From: an uncultured Actinomycetes bacterium
GTDB lineage: Bacteria; Actinomycetota; Actinomycetes; Nanopelagicales; Nanopelagicaceae
Assembly: GCA_903844855.1 (NCBI GenBank)
Contig: CAIMVH010000044.1
Coordinates: forward strand, 575-64,574
DNA: 64,000 bases
Direction of reading: 5' to 3'
Shown here: positions 1 to 9,015 of the stretch, piece after piece
How the letters are laid out: each line of letters opens with the position of its first letter
Position numbering within the stretch: position 1 is the first letter of the stretch
Program-made: the position numbers and the translations under genes
Notes under the pieces: generated by a model
Seen by the model: the letters and a program-made list of their open reading frames with translations, nothing else
What the model was told of the DNA's origin: nothing
Database searches by the model: none

Positions 1-689
1 AAGTAGGTGCCGCAGCGCTTCAACGTGCTGCTGGCGGCCGTGGCGTTTTGATGGGTGGAGTTTCGGGTGTCAGTGCTGCGAAGGTCGTGGTTTTGGGTGC
101 GGGTGTTTCCGGTCTCAACGCCGCAGCCATCGCCTTGGGAATGCAAGCAGAAGTGATTCTGATGGATAACAACATCGGAAGGCTGCGCGAAGTTGATCGC
201 ATATACCAAGGCCACATGGAGACAGTTGCGTCTAATGCCTATGAGATAGAGCGGCAGGTACTCGACGCAGATTTGGTAATCGGTGCGGTGCTCGTTCCCG
301 GAGCGAAAGCCCCCCGTCTGGTCACTAACGAATTAGTCTCACGGATGAAGGCCGGAAGTGTTCTTGTCGACATATCTATTGACCAAGGTGGTTGCTTCGA
401 AGATTCAAAACCTACGACGCACGCTGACCCAACCTATAAGGTACACAACTCGATTTTCTATTGTGTAGCGAATATGCCCGGCGCAGTTCCACATACGAGC
501 ACATACGCTCTGACCAACGTGACTCTGCCGTACGTAGTCGCACTGGCTGAAGATGGCTGGAAGAAGGCCTGTCAAAACGATGCTGCGTTAGCGAAGGGTC
601 TCAATGTTCATGCAGGATCCGTCATCTCGGTTCCTGTTGGTGCCGCACATGGCATGGCTGTGACGCCGGTGGATCAGCTTCTTAAGTAG
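1..689 (+). CDS. ald: Alanine dehydrogenase, C-terminal part (5' end outside window)
   Basis: The frame is open from position 3. NAD-binding motif VVVLGAGVSGLNAA is followed by the typical AlaDH C-terminal domain (VDISIDQGGC, ANMPGAVP). Confidence 0.85.
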   Translation, partial: VGAAALQRAAGGRGVLMGGVSGVSAAKVVVLGAGVSGLNAAAIALGMQAEVILMDNNIGRLREVDRIYQGHMETVASNAYEIERQVLDADLVIGAVLVPGAKAPRLVTNELVSRMKAGSVLVDISIDQGGCFEDSKPTTHADPTYKVHNSIFYCVANMPGAVPHTSTYALTNVTLPYVVALAEDGWKKACQNDAALAKGLNVHAGSVISVPVGAAHGMAVTPVDQLLK

Positions 690-748
690 GTCGCACTTCG
701 CTTACCGCGTTCCGCCGAATTTTCGGAGGGCGCGGTAAGTTTCTTTCT

Positions 749-1624
749 GTGCCAGATCCTTCTATTCACGACTTCCTGAATCATCTGGCAGTAGAACGCT
801 CCCTTTCTGTGAACACGGTGGCCGCTTATCGTCGAGATCTAGCGAAGTTTGAGGCGTATTTGGACGCACACTCGCTCGTAATCGAAAGTGTCCAAGAGAG
901 CGATATCGCTGGGTTCCTCGCTTCCCTTGGACATCTTGCTCCTGCCTCTGCCGGTCGAACTCTGGTAGCCGTGCGCCGTCTCTTTCACTTTAGGAATCCC
1001 ACCGAAAGCCCGGCAGCTTCGATACGTCCACCCAAACTCGGCCTCCGACTTCCCAAGGCACTCACGATCGCTGAGATGGACCTTTTGCTCTCCTCGGCAG
1101 TAGGGGAAGACCCATCGTCACTAAGAACCCTGGCCTTAATTGAACTCCTCTACGGCACTGGAGCACGTATCAGCGAAGCGATCGGTCTTGACCTTGCCGA
1201 TATAGACAGGAGCGAGGGCATCATCAAGTACCGCGGTAAAGGAGGCAAAGAGCGCCTCGTTCCTATCGGAGCACCAGCTTTATCCGCCATAGAGGCCTAT
1301 CAGGTGCGTGTTCGGGCGCCGCTTGCGGGGAAGAGTAGGGCGCTCTTTTTGAACGGGCGTGGAGGTCGACTCTCCAGGCAAGGCGCCTGGCTGCTGATTG
1401 GGGCAGCCGCTGAAGGCGCCGGATTAGGGGAGCGGGTCACCCCACATGCTCTTCGACACTCATTTGCGACCCACCTTCTTGAAGGTGGGGCGGACATCAG
1501 ATCGGTACAGGAATTGCTTGGGCACGCTTCTGTGGCCACCACCCAGATCTACACACTTGTCACCATTGATCGACTCCGTGATGCCTATTTAGAAGCTCAC
1601 CCCCGAGCGCGTTCGAAAAGATAA
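749..1624 (+). CDS. xerD: Site-specific tyrosine recombinase XerD
   Basis: Phage-integrase fold motifs are present (ARISE, HALRHSFATHLLEGGADIRSVQELLGHASVATTQIYT). The gene sits upstream of parA-like/scpA/scpB, as in other actinobacteria. Confidence 0.8.
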   Translation: MPDPSIHDFLNHLAVERSLSVNTVAAYRRDLAKFEAYLDAHSLVIESVQESDIAGFLASLGHLAPASAGRTLVAVRRLFHFRNPTESPAASIRPPKLGLRLPKALTIAEMDLLLSSAVGEDPSSLRTLALIELLYGTGARISEAIGLDLADIDRSEGIIKYRGKGGKERLVPIGAPALSAIEAYQVRVRAPLAGKSRALFLNGRGGRLSRQGAWLLIGAAAEGAGLGERVTPHALRHSFATHLLEGGADIRSVQELLGHASVATTQIYTLVTIDRLRDAYLEAHPRARSKR

Positions 1625-1715
1625 CTCGCCGCTTAATCTTGCTAAACCCAGAACCTCGCTCTAGGGTGGCGATAAATCGGAAAAGCATCAGAGCAATTGA
1701 AGGGTTTATCCTCAA

Positions 1716-2594
1716 ATGGCTAAGTCGACAAATCATTATAAGAATGTACCTACCACTTCTGCCATCTTTGGTAAGAAGGCCAGGGCGGTGACGGAGCCGG
1801 CTGCCTTGGAATCTCATGGTCCGGCGCGGATTATCGCGATCGTGAACCAGAAGGGCGGCGTGGGTAAGACCACCTCGACCATCAATCTGGGTGCGAGCTT
1901 GGCTGAAGTCGGTCGCCGGGTGCTCGTCGTTGACCTGGACCCTCAAGGAGCCCTTTCGGTTGGCTTGGGCGTTCCGCTCCATGAACTTGAGACCACCATC
2001 TTCGACCTCATGCTCAACCCTGAGGCGCCATACAGTGAAGCATTGATCAAAACCTCCGTCCCTGGGTTAGATCTCATACCGAGCAACCAGGATCTGAGTG
2101 GAGCAGACCTTAAGCTTGCGGACGTCATTGGTCGTGAGCAGATCCTTAAAGAGGTTCTGGCTCAAGCAGTAGCGGATTATGACTTCATTCTCATCGACTG
2201 CCAACCGACCCTCGGGCTCCTTACCGTCAACGCCTTGACAGCCGCTAACTCCGTCATCGTGCCCTTGCAATGCGAGCACTTTGCGCTCCGGGGTGTCGCA
2301 CATCTACATCAGATTATAGAAAAAGCGCAACAAAGACTTAACCCTCAACTTGAGATTGAGGGAATTTTAGCCACTATGTACGATTCCAGGACGCTACACA
2401 GCAAAGAAGTCCTGAGCCGTATCTGTGAAGCCTTCCCAAATGGAGTGTTTGAAACCGTTATCGCCCGAACTGTCCGTTTCCCAGACACCACAGTCGCAGG
2501 GGAGCCGATCACCACCTTCGCACCTAGTTCCGACGGGGCTTACGCATACAGGCGTCTAGCCCGTGAATTGATCGAAAAAGGAGCACTTTCATGA
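1716..2594 (+). CDS. ParA/Soj-family ATPase (orphan ParA of the xerD-scpAB locus, Rv1708/PldP-like)
   Basis: Deviant Walker A NQKGGVGKTTSTINLG. ParA family similarity runs over the full length. Confidence 0.85.
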   Translation: MAKSTNHYKNVPTTSAIFGKKARAVTEPAALESHGPARIIAIVNQKGGVGKTTSTINLGASLAEVGRRVLVVDLDPQGALSVGLGVPLHELETTIFDLMLNPEAPYSEALIKTSVPGLDLIPSNQDLSGADLKLADVIGREQILKEVLAQAVADYDFILIDCQPTLGLLTVNALTAANSVIVPLQCEHFALRGVAHLHQIIEKAQQRLNPQLEIEGILATMYDSRTLHSKEVLSRICEAFPNGVFETVIARTVRFPDTTVAGEPITTFAPSSDGAYAYRRLARELIEKGALS

Positions 2595-2998
2595 GTCGCC
2601 GCGCCACCCTCCCAGGGGCTGAAGAGCTCTTCCGTACGACAACTTCTCCAGTCACCGCCACCACTCCCACGCTCACTGCACTGCCCTCCCCAGGTGAAAA
2701 CACCCAGATGTCGAGCGAAGAGAGCTCGAGCAAGGGAGTTCGCAGTACTAGCCGGCGACGCATTACCACCGCCGAACGTGGCCCCTCGGGACGTGAACGC
2801 CACGAGGAGAAGATCACGGTTTACCTCTCTCCTGATGAACTCTTCGACCTTGAGCAGGCCCGACTCCTGCTCCGCGGGGAGCACGGCTTGGCGGTAGATC
2901 GAGGTCGCATTGTGCGCGAGGCGCTCTCTCTCATCGTCGCCGACTTGGAATCCAAGGGAGAGTCTTCGATCCTTGTACGACGTTTGCGCGGCCGCTAG
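2591..2998 (+). CDS. Hypothetical small protein with a disordered Ser/Thr/Pro-rich N-terminus and a ribbon-helix-helix-like C-terminus
   Basis: An ATGA start/stop overlap couples it to the ParA-like gene, and it fills the 475-nt gap before scpA. The C-terminal segment KITVYLSPDELFDLEQARLLL...GRIVREALSLIV has a strand-helix-helix pattern. Confidence 0.45.
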   Translation: MSRRATLPGAEELFRTTTSPVTATTPTLTALPSPGENTQMSSEESSSKGVRSTSRRRITTAERGPSGRERHEEKITVYLSPDELFDLEQARLLLRGEHGLAVDRGRIVREALSLIVADLESKGESSILVRRLRGR

Positions 2999-3068
2999 GA
3001 GGGGCTTCTGCTGTGATGCACCGCCCCGAGAGGCACCGAGTGCGATCAGCAAGCGGTACCTTTGAGCG

Positions 3069-3893
3069 GTGATTGAGACGAGTGAGACCGGCAAGGTCCC
3101 TGGCTTTGCCGTGCAATTGGATAATTTCGAAGGTCCATTTGACCTCCTCCTGCAACTCATCGCAAAGCATCGGCTTGATGTCACCGAAGTAGCGCTCAGC
3201 CAAGTCACTGATGAATTCATTTCACACATTCGCGCCATGGGTGACGGGTGGGATTTGGGGCATGCCACGGAATTCCTTGTGGTTGCAGCAACTCTGCTAG
3301 ACCTTAAAGCTGCTCGCCTCCTGCCTTCGGGTGAAGTCGAAGACGAAGGCGATTTAGCATTACTTGAAGCACGCGACATTCTCTTTGCACGCTTGCTGCA
3401 ATATCGTGCGTACAAAGAAGTGGCCGCAATATTTTCGCAACGGTATGCAGACGAGGCACATAGATTTCCAAGAATGGTTTCACTGGAGTCTGCATATGCA
3501 TCACTTCTCCCAGAAGTACTCATAGGCATTGGACCAGATAGATTTGCATCCCTTGCACATCGAATTCTTTCACCCAAAATAGAACACTTTGTATCAACAT
3601 CGCATCTACACGATCCTGCGGTCAACGTTCGAGAGCAAGCCACCGTAATACTCGAAAAAATAAGGAGTTTACGCTCTGTGTCTTTCCGTTCGCTCATCAG
3701 CGATGCTCCTAACATGAACACTATTGTGGCCCGTTTCCTAGCTCTTTTGGAACTCTATCGAGAGGGTGTCTTGCATTTTGATCAAGTTACCCCGTTAGGG
3801 GAGTTGCACATTAAATGGGTCGGTGCTGAAGATGCCGAGATAAATCTTACGGATGAGTTCGATATCGAAGTAGAAGAGGACAAAGATGAGTGA
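3069..3893 (+). CDS. scpA: Segregation and condensation protein A
   Basis: N-terminal FEGPFDLLLQLI motif typical of ScpA. Its end overlaps the scpB start. Confidence 0.85.
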   Translation: MIETSETGKVPGFAVQLDNFEGPFDLLLQLIAKHRLDVTEVALSQVTDEFISHIRAMGDGWDLGHATEFLVVAATLLDLKAARLLPSGEVEDEGDLALLEARDILFARLLQYRAYKEVAAIFSQRYADEAHRFPRMVSLESAYASLLPEVLIGIGPDRFASLAHRILSPKIEHFVSTSHLHDPAVNVREQATVILEKIRSLRSVSFRSLISDAPNMNTIVARFLALLELYREGVLHFDQVTPLGELHIKWVGAEDAEINLTDEFDIEVEEDKDE

Positions 3894-4443
3894 TCTAAAC
3901 GTTGAAAGCGCTCTAGAAGCGATTCTTATGGTGGTCGATGAGCCGGTATCTTCGGTTTTGTTGGCGCAAGTTCTTGAGACCCCGACGGAGCAAATTGTTG
4001 CGGCTTTAGAGAAACTCTCCGCTGATTACAACAACCAATCTCGAGGTTTTGAATTACGAGAAGTGGCAGGCGGATGGCGCTTCTACACGCGCGCGGAGTG
4101 GGCTCCATTCGTTGAGAAATTTGTTCTTGACGGACAGCAAGCTCGACTCACACAAGCCGCACTCGAGACACTTTCTGTGGTGGCGTATCGCCAACCGGTG
4201 AGCCGGGCGCGCATCTCAGCGGTGCGTGGCGTCAACGTCGATGCAGTGATGAAGACGTTGGTAAGCCGTGGGCTGGTTGAGGAAGCAGGCACCGAATATG
4301 AGAGTGGCGCCATCCTCTACCGAACTACGTCATACTTCTTAGAGCGGCTGGGGCTCAGATCGATCGAAGAACTCCCGGCTTTGGCACCGTTTCTACCCGA
4401 TGTTGATGTCATTGATGATCTCTTTGACTCATTCTCAAGTTGA
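3886..4443 (+). CDS. scpB: Segregation and condensation protein B
   Basis: ScpB winged-helix motifs are present (LEAILMV...EPVS, LTQAALETLSVVAYRQPVSRARISAVRGV). Confidence 0.85.
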   Translation: MSDLNVESALEAILMVVDEPVSSVLLAQVLETPTEQIVAALEKLSADYNNQSRGFELREVAGGWRFYTRAEWAPFVEKFVLDGQQARLTQAALETLSVVAYRQPVSRARISAVRGVNVDAVMKTLVSRGLVEEAGTEYESGAILYRTTSYFLERLGLRSIEELPALAPFLPDVDVIDDLFDSFSS

Positions 4444-4455
4444 GATAGAGGGACA

Positions 4456-5178
4456 ATGGAGATCCGCTTACAGAAAGTCCTCGCCTCCGCGGGGGTGGCT
4501 TCCCGTCGTGCCAGCGAAGAGCTCATCGCAGCAGGTCGGGTGCGTGTCAACGGACGCACGGTGAAGGAATTGGGCACCCGAGTCGACCCTGATACGGCGG
4601 TCATTGAAGTAGACGGCGAGGCTATCTCCACATTTGTCCCGAAAGTCCACCTAGCCATGCATAAACCAGAGGGCGTGCTCTCGGCAATGTCCGATAGCGA
4701 AGGCCGCCCACACCTGGGGGATTACCTCGCTACACGCTCAGACCGCCTCTTCCACGTGGGAAGGCTTGATGTGGAGACCGAGGGCCTGATCTTGCTCACT
4801 AACGATGGCGAGCTCGCCAATCGCCTTGCCCACCCCCGCTACGGGATCCGTAAAAAGTACCTCGTCTGGGTCGAGGGCGCCCTCCCGAAGGATGCCAAGG
4901 CTCGTCTATCTGTGGGCATCGAGCTTGAAGACGGGCTAGCCCGGGTAGACGCTTTTGAGGTGGTGGAGAAGGACCGGACGCGTTCACTCGTGGAGTTAGA
5001 GATTCACGAAGGTCGTAATCGGATTGTCCGTCGGATTTTTGATGCCCTCGGCTCCCCGGTCGAACGCCTCGTGAGGACCCAGGTGGGACCCGTCCAGCTC
5101 GGTGAATTACGCTCCGGACGGACCCGAGTTTTGACCACTGTTGAGGTTCGTAAACTGATGGAGCTTGTGGATCTTTAA
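4456..5178 (+). CDS. rluB: RluB-type 23S rRNA pseudouridine synthase (S4 domain + RsuA/RluB catalytic domain)
   Basis: S4 motif RLQKVLASAGVASRR and catalytic motif HVGRLDVETEGLILLTNDGEL. Confidence 0.8.
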   Translation: MEIRLQKVLASAGVASRRASEELIAAGRVRVNGRTVKELGTRVDPDTAVIEVDGEAISTFVPKVHLAMHKPEGVLSAMSDSEGRPHLGDYLATRSDRLFHVGRLDVETEGLILLTNDGELANRLAHPRYGIRKKYLVWVEGALPKDAKARLSVGIELEDGLARVDAFEVVEKDRTRSLVELEIHEGRNRIVRRIFDALGSPVERLVRTQVGPVQLGELRSGRTRVLTTVEVRKLMELVDL

Positions 5179-5442
5179 AGGTAGATCTTCATATTTCTAA
5201 CTCAATTAATATCTATATGGGTTTACGGTTATATTTATATATCGATAATTGCGTTTTGGGGCCCTTCATTCATTAGGGATATGTCGATTTTTTGAGCGCG
5301 AAAAACGGCGTAAAACGACGTTATGTCGACAATAGGCCCCTTCTCCGTTGATCAATAATATATATTTATTAACTTATTAATATAACTTTTGAAGGTCTTA
5401 TAAATACCGGATATTTGATTGTCGATCAGTTACCCTTGGGGC

Positions 5443-5793
5443 ATGTACGCAATAAGAGGCGCAACTCAGCTGACGGAGGACTCCAAGGAGGCCATTCGCG
5501 TTGGCGTGGTGGAATTGCTCAGCGAGGTGATGAGGGCTAATCAAATCGAACCAGCCGACATCGTCTCCGTACTCTTTACTGCCACCCCCGATCTCACTTC
5601 TGATTTTCCGGCTGCCGCCGCCCGCACTATCGGCTTCGGATCTACCCCGTTGATTTGTGCCTCTGAGATTGCAGTTCCAGGAGCGTTGCCGAGGGCCGTT
5701 CGAGTCATGCTGCACGTCCATGGCCGATCTTCCGACGTACACCACATTTACCTGCATGGAGCAGCTGCGCTCAGACAAGATCTCGCTCAATGA
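5443..5793 (+). CDS. aroH: AroH-class chorismate mutase
   Basis: MYAIRGAT... N-terminus and FTATPDLTSDFPAAAAR match the monofunctional AroH type. The start was moved to ATG 5443 from the longer ORF at 5419. Confidence 0.8.
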   Translation: MYAIRGATQLTEDSKEAIRVGVVELLSEVMRANQIEPADIVSVLFTATPDLTSDFPAAAARTIGFGSTPLICASEIAVPGALPRAVRVMLHVHGRSSDVHHIYLHGAAALRQDLAQ

Positions 5794-6839
5794 AAGTTGT
5801 TATCGCGGGGGCAGGCTTTATGGGAACCTCACTTGGGATGGCGATCACACGAGCCGGGGGAGCAGTTCGCTTCACAGACCTCAATAAGGAACACGCAGAA
5901 TTAGCTAGCGCGCGAGTTGGCAACAGCTTTGAAGGTCAAGGAGACCTCTTTGTAGCAGCGGTGCCTACGACAAATGTCGGAGCGGTCATTTCAGCAGGCT
6001 TTAAGAACAATCTCGCGTTGAATTTTACTGATTTAGGCTCAACAAAGACCAACGTTCAACTAGAGGTTTCTACTTTTGGCGCTGGTGAGCACTTTTGTGG
6101 CGGGCATCCCATGGCCGGTAGCGAGCGGAGCGGTCCTACAGGGGCTCGGTCAGACCTCTTTGAGGGGCGTCCGTGGGTCATCACACCTTCAAGCATGACA
6201 AGTAGTCAGAGCCTCACTGCCGTACGAGATTTAGTCGATCTGGTGGGCGCGCTCCCCGTGGAACTCACCCCCGAAGGGCATGACCGCGCGGTCGCGGAAG
6301 TAAGCCATGGACCACAAGTGCTCGCTTCACTCCTAGCCAGCTCTTTGAATCAGGTGGATCACTCTCATCTTGCTATTGCTGGCCAGGGCCTTCGAGACAC
6401 CACCCGCATTGCTGGATCAAGCCCGGAAGTGTGGGCTTCGATACTGAGCACGAATGGTGCTGTAGTTGCCAATTTTCTGCAGCCCATCGCAGAAGAGCTG
6501 GCACTCATCATTGCCTCGTTGAAAGCCGGTGATGCAGATGCACTCAAAGCCTTTATTGCGCGGGGCAATGCAGGGCGGGATCTGATTCCTGGGAAGCACG
6601 GTTTATCAATTCGAGAATATGACCAGATCTCGGTAGTGCTTCCGGACAGACCTGGACAGTTGGCGCTGCTCTTCGACATATTTAGTGAGCTTCAGGTCAA
6701 TGTGGAAGACATTTCTATGGAACATTCACTAGGACTCCCGGCAGGGTTAATTCAGCTATCGCTCCAGGTGGGGCATGGTGAAAAGACGGTGCAGGAACTT
6801 ATCGTGCGGGGCTGGAGGGCATTTAGCCTCGCAGGATGA
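5790..6839 (+). CDS. tyrA: Prephenate dehydrogenase with C-terminal ACT domain
   Basis: Rossmann motif VVIAGAGFMG, catalytic GGHPMAGSE, and an ACT-like C-terminus. An ATGA overlap couples it to aroH. Confidence 0.8.
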   Translation: MKVVIAGAGFMGTSLGMAITRAGGAVRFTDLNKEHAELASARVGNSFEGQGDLFVAAVPTTNVGAVISAGFKNNLALNFTDLGSTKTNVQLEVSTFGAGEHFCGGHPMAGSERSGPTGARSDLFEGRPWVITPSSMTSSQSLTAVRDLVDLVGALPVELTPEGHDRAVAEVSHGPQVLASLLASSLNQVDHSHLAIAGQGLRDTTRIAGSSPEVWASILSTNGAVVANFLQPIAEELALIIASLKAGDADALKAFIARGNAGRDLIPGKHGLSIREYDQISVVLPDRPGQLALLFDIFSELQVNVEDISMEHSLGLPAGLIQLSLQVGHGEKTVQELIVRGWRAFSLAG

Positions 6840-6906
6840 TTCGTCGTTAGATGGTCATATTTATTTATCGACAAATACCCCTTCAATATCCCGATAGAGT
6901 GGGGCA

Positions 6907-8925
6907 ATGCTTCGAATCCTTGCTATAGATGGTCCCAGCGGATCGGGCAAATCATCTCTCGCACGTGCCCTCGCTACGCACTTTGACATGCGTTACTTGG
7001 ACACCGGGGCGCTCTACCGGACCGTAACCCTCGCCGCCATCAAACTCGACTTACTTGCCGGTAGTGATGAAGCCATTGTCGACGCTTTGCCGGGAATCAC
7101 AGTGACTTTCGAGGCAAATCCAGACCAGCCCCGGGCTTTACTCAATGGGCAAGATGTCTCTGAGGCGATTCGCACTCCTGAGGTCACCGCGTCAGTAAGT
7201 CGAATTGCTGCCATTCCAGGGGTGCGCCAATACTTGCTCCGAGTGCAGCGAGAATTCCTCCTAGCGGGCTCCCTGACCATTGAAGGGCGAGATATCGGCA
7301 CCGTGGTGGCCCCCAATGCAGATTTGAAAATATTCCTCACTGCCGACCTCGATGCTCGCGCCGCACGCCGGGGCGCGCAGGGCGAAGCGGGGGAGGGCGA
7401 CGTCGCCTCTGAGTTGTCAGCCCGCGATCATGTAGATACGACACGTGCTGCGTCACCCCTTGCAAAGAGTGAAGACGCGATAGAAATCGACGCCACGTTT
7501 CTATCGCTAGCAGAAGTCATTGATATCGCTAGTGACCTCATGGTGGGAGCTGGTTTCACAGACGACGAGGATGATGAGTTCGTATTACCTGAAGAGATCG
7601 TCACTGAAGAGGAACAAATCTTTCTTCCTGTTGTGGCCATATTGGGTCGACCAAACGTGGGCAAGTCGACCTTGGTAAACCGGATCCTTGGACGTAGAGA
7701 AGCCGTCGTCGAAGATCAACCGGGAGTGACCCGGGATCGCGTCATGCATGACGCCGATTGGAATGGTCGGCGCTTCAGAATCATCGACACTGGTGGTTGG
7801 GAACCAAAGGGCGTAGGCATCGCCATCAAGGTAACTCGACAATCAGAGGCTGCTCTCGCTCATTGCGACGTCGCCATATTTGTCGTTGATTCACACGTTG
7901 GTGCCCTTGATGAAGACGAAGCCATCGTGCGACTACTTCGCAAAAGCGGTAAGCCTGTCATTCTTGCAGCCAATAAAGTTGATGGTATGCGCGATGAAGC
8001 AGATGCGCATGCATTATGGAATTTGGGTCTAGGGGAACCGTATTTTGTCTCCGCTTTGCATGGTCGCGGTTCTGGTGACCTCCTTGATGAAGTCGTCAAG
8101 GTACTTCCAAAGGACGGCACCTCACCAGAAGTAACCAACGTGCGTCGCGTCGCTCTTGTCGGACGACAAAATGTTGGCAAGTCGAGCATGCTTAATCGAC
8201 TTGCGGGAGCTGAACGCGTTGTCGTGGATGAGATTGCTGGAACCACAAGAGATCCAGTGGACGAAATAATTGAGTTGGCGGGAAAGTCTTGGCGCTTTAT
8301 TGATACAGCCGGAATCAGACGGCGCCCTAATCAAGCAGACGGCGCCGACTTCTATGCCGCCCTTCGAACTCAAGTGGCGATTGAACGCGCCGAACTAGCC
8401 ATCGCGATGATCGACGCTTCTGAGCCCCTCACCGAGCAAGACTTGCGAATATTTTCCCTCATCGAAGAGAGTGGCCGCGCTCTTGTCTTGGCATTTAATA
8501 AATGGGACTTAGTCGATGACGATCGTCGTCGAGAGTTGGAGCGACAAATCGATCGAGAACTAGTTCAGTTCGGCTGGGCTGAACGAGTCAACATTTCTGC
8601 CAAGACAGGCTGGCATAAGGATCGCCTCGCCCCGGCAATTCAACGCGCATTAGCGAGTTGGGATGCTCGTATTCCCACCGGTCGACTCAATTCATTCCTC
8701 GGTCAATTGATTTCCGCTACACCACCTCCAGTGCGCGGCGGGAAGCAGCCACGCGTTCTCTTTGCCACCCAAGTTGCCGCTCGTCCTCCTAGATTTGTGA
8801 TTTTTTCATCTGGCTTCCTCGAGGCGGGCTATCGCAGATTTATTGAGCGACGTCTTCGTGAAGAGTTTGAATTCACCGGCTCACCGATTGAAATCTCGGT
8901 CAAAGTTCGAGAACGTACCCGCTAG
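6907..8925 (+). CDS. cmk-der: Bifunctional cytidylate kinase / GTPase Der (EngA) fusion
   Basis: N-terminal Cmk P-loop [12 protein letters not shown]. An acidic linker follows, then two Der GTPase domains (GRPNVGKST...DTGG; GRQNVGKSS...DTAG) and a KH-like C-terminus, all in one ORF. Confidence 0.85.
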   Translation: MLRILAIDGPSGSGKSSLARALATHFDMRYLDTGALYRTVTLAAIKLDLLAGSDEAIVDALPGITVTFEANPDQPRALLNGQDVSEAIRTPEVTASVSRIAAIPGVRQYLLRVQREFLLAGSLTIEGRDIGTVVAPNADLKIFLTADLDARAARRGAQGEAGEGDVASELSARDHVDTTRAASPLAKSEDAIEIDATFLSLAEVIDIASDLMVGAGFTDDEDDEFVLPEEIVTEEEQIFLPVVAILGRPNVGKSTLVNRILGRREAVVEDQPGVTRDRVMHDADWNGRRFRIIDTGGWEPKGVGIAIKVTRQSEAALAHCDVAIFVVDSHVGALDEDEAIVRLLRKSGKPVILAANKVDGMRDEADAHALWNLGLGEPYFVSALHGRGSGDLLDEVVKVLPKDGTSPEVTNVRRVALVGRQNVGKSSMLNRLAGAERVVVDEIAGTTRDPVDEIIELAGKSWRFIDTAGIRRRPNQADGADFYAALRTQVAIERAELAIAMIDASEPLTEQDLRIFSLIEESGRALVLAFNKWDLVDDDRRRELERQIDRELVQFGWAERVNISAKTGWHKDRLAPAIQRALASWDARIPTGRLNSFLGQLISATPPPVRGGKQPRVLFATQVAARPPRFVIFSSGFLEAGYRRFIERRLREEFEFTGSPIEISVKVRERTR

Positions 8926-8937
8926 GCTTTCTGCTCA

Positions 8938-9011
8938 CGGGACGTGGCGCAGCTTGGTAGCGCACCAGACTGGGGGTCTGGGGGTCGCAGGTTCAAATCC
9001 TGTCGTCCCGA
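8938..9011 (+). tRNA. tRNA-Pro (anticodon GGG)
   Basis: Manual cloverleaf: acceptor CGGGACG/CGTCCCG, D arm GCGC/GCGC, anticodon arm CCAGA-CTGGGGG-TCTGG, T arm GCAGG-TTCAAAT-CCTGT, discriminator A. No CCA is encoded. Confidence 0.9.
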
Positions 9012-9015
9012 CGTG

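Noticed and set aside
749-1624. The tyrosine recombinase as a possible integrase of a mobile element, and the two tRNA genes (8938-9011, 44984-45070) as possible island integration sites.
   Set aside because: The recombinase sits in the conserved xerD-parA-scpAB context. No phage or transposon genes are nearby, no direct repeat of a tRNA 3' end was seen, and both tRNAs are flanked by core syntenic genes.
2540-3721. A 393-aa ORF on the minus strand, one of the longest in this part of the track.
   Set aside because: It lies entirely antisense to the ParA 3' end, the small ORF and scpA, which all have clear family motifs. Its Ser/Arg/Ala-rich composition is typical of a spurious antisense frame, and I recognised no motif in it.
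8944-9015. The ORF-track start of the phosphatidyltransferase ORF lies inside the tRNA-Pro gene.
   Set aside because: The first 24 codons simply translate the tRNA sequence. The real start is GTG 9013 or ATG 9016, immediately after the tRNA.
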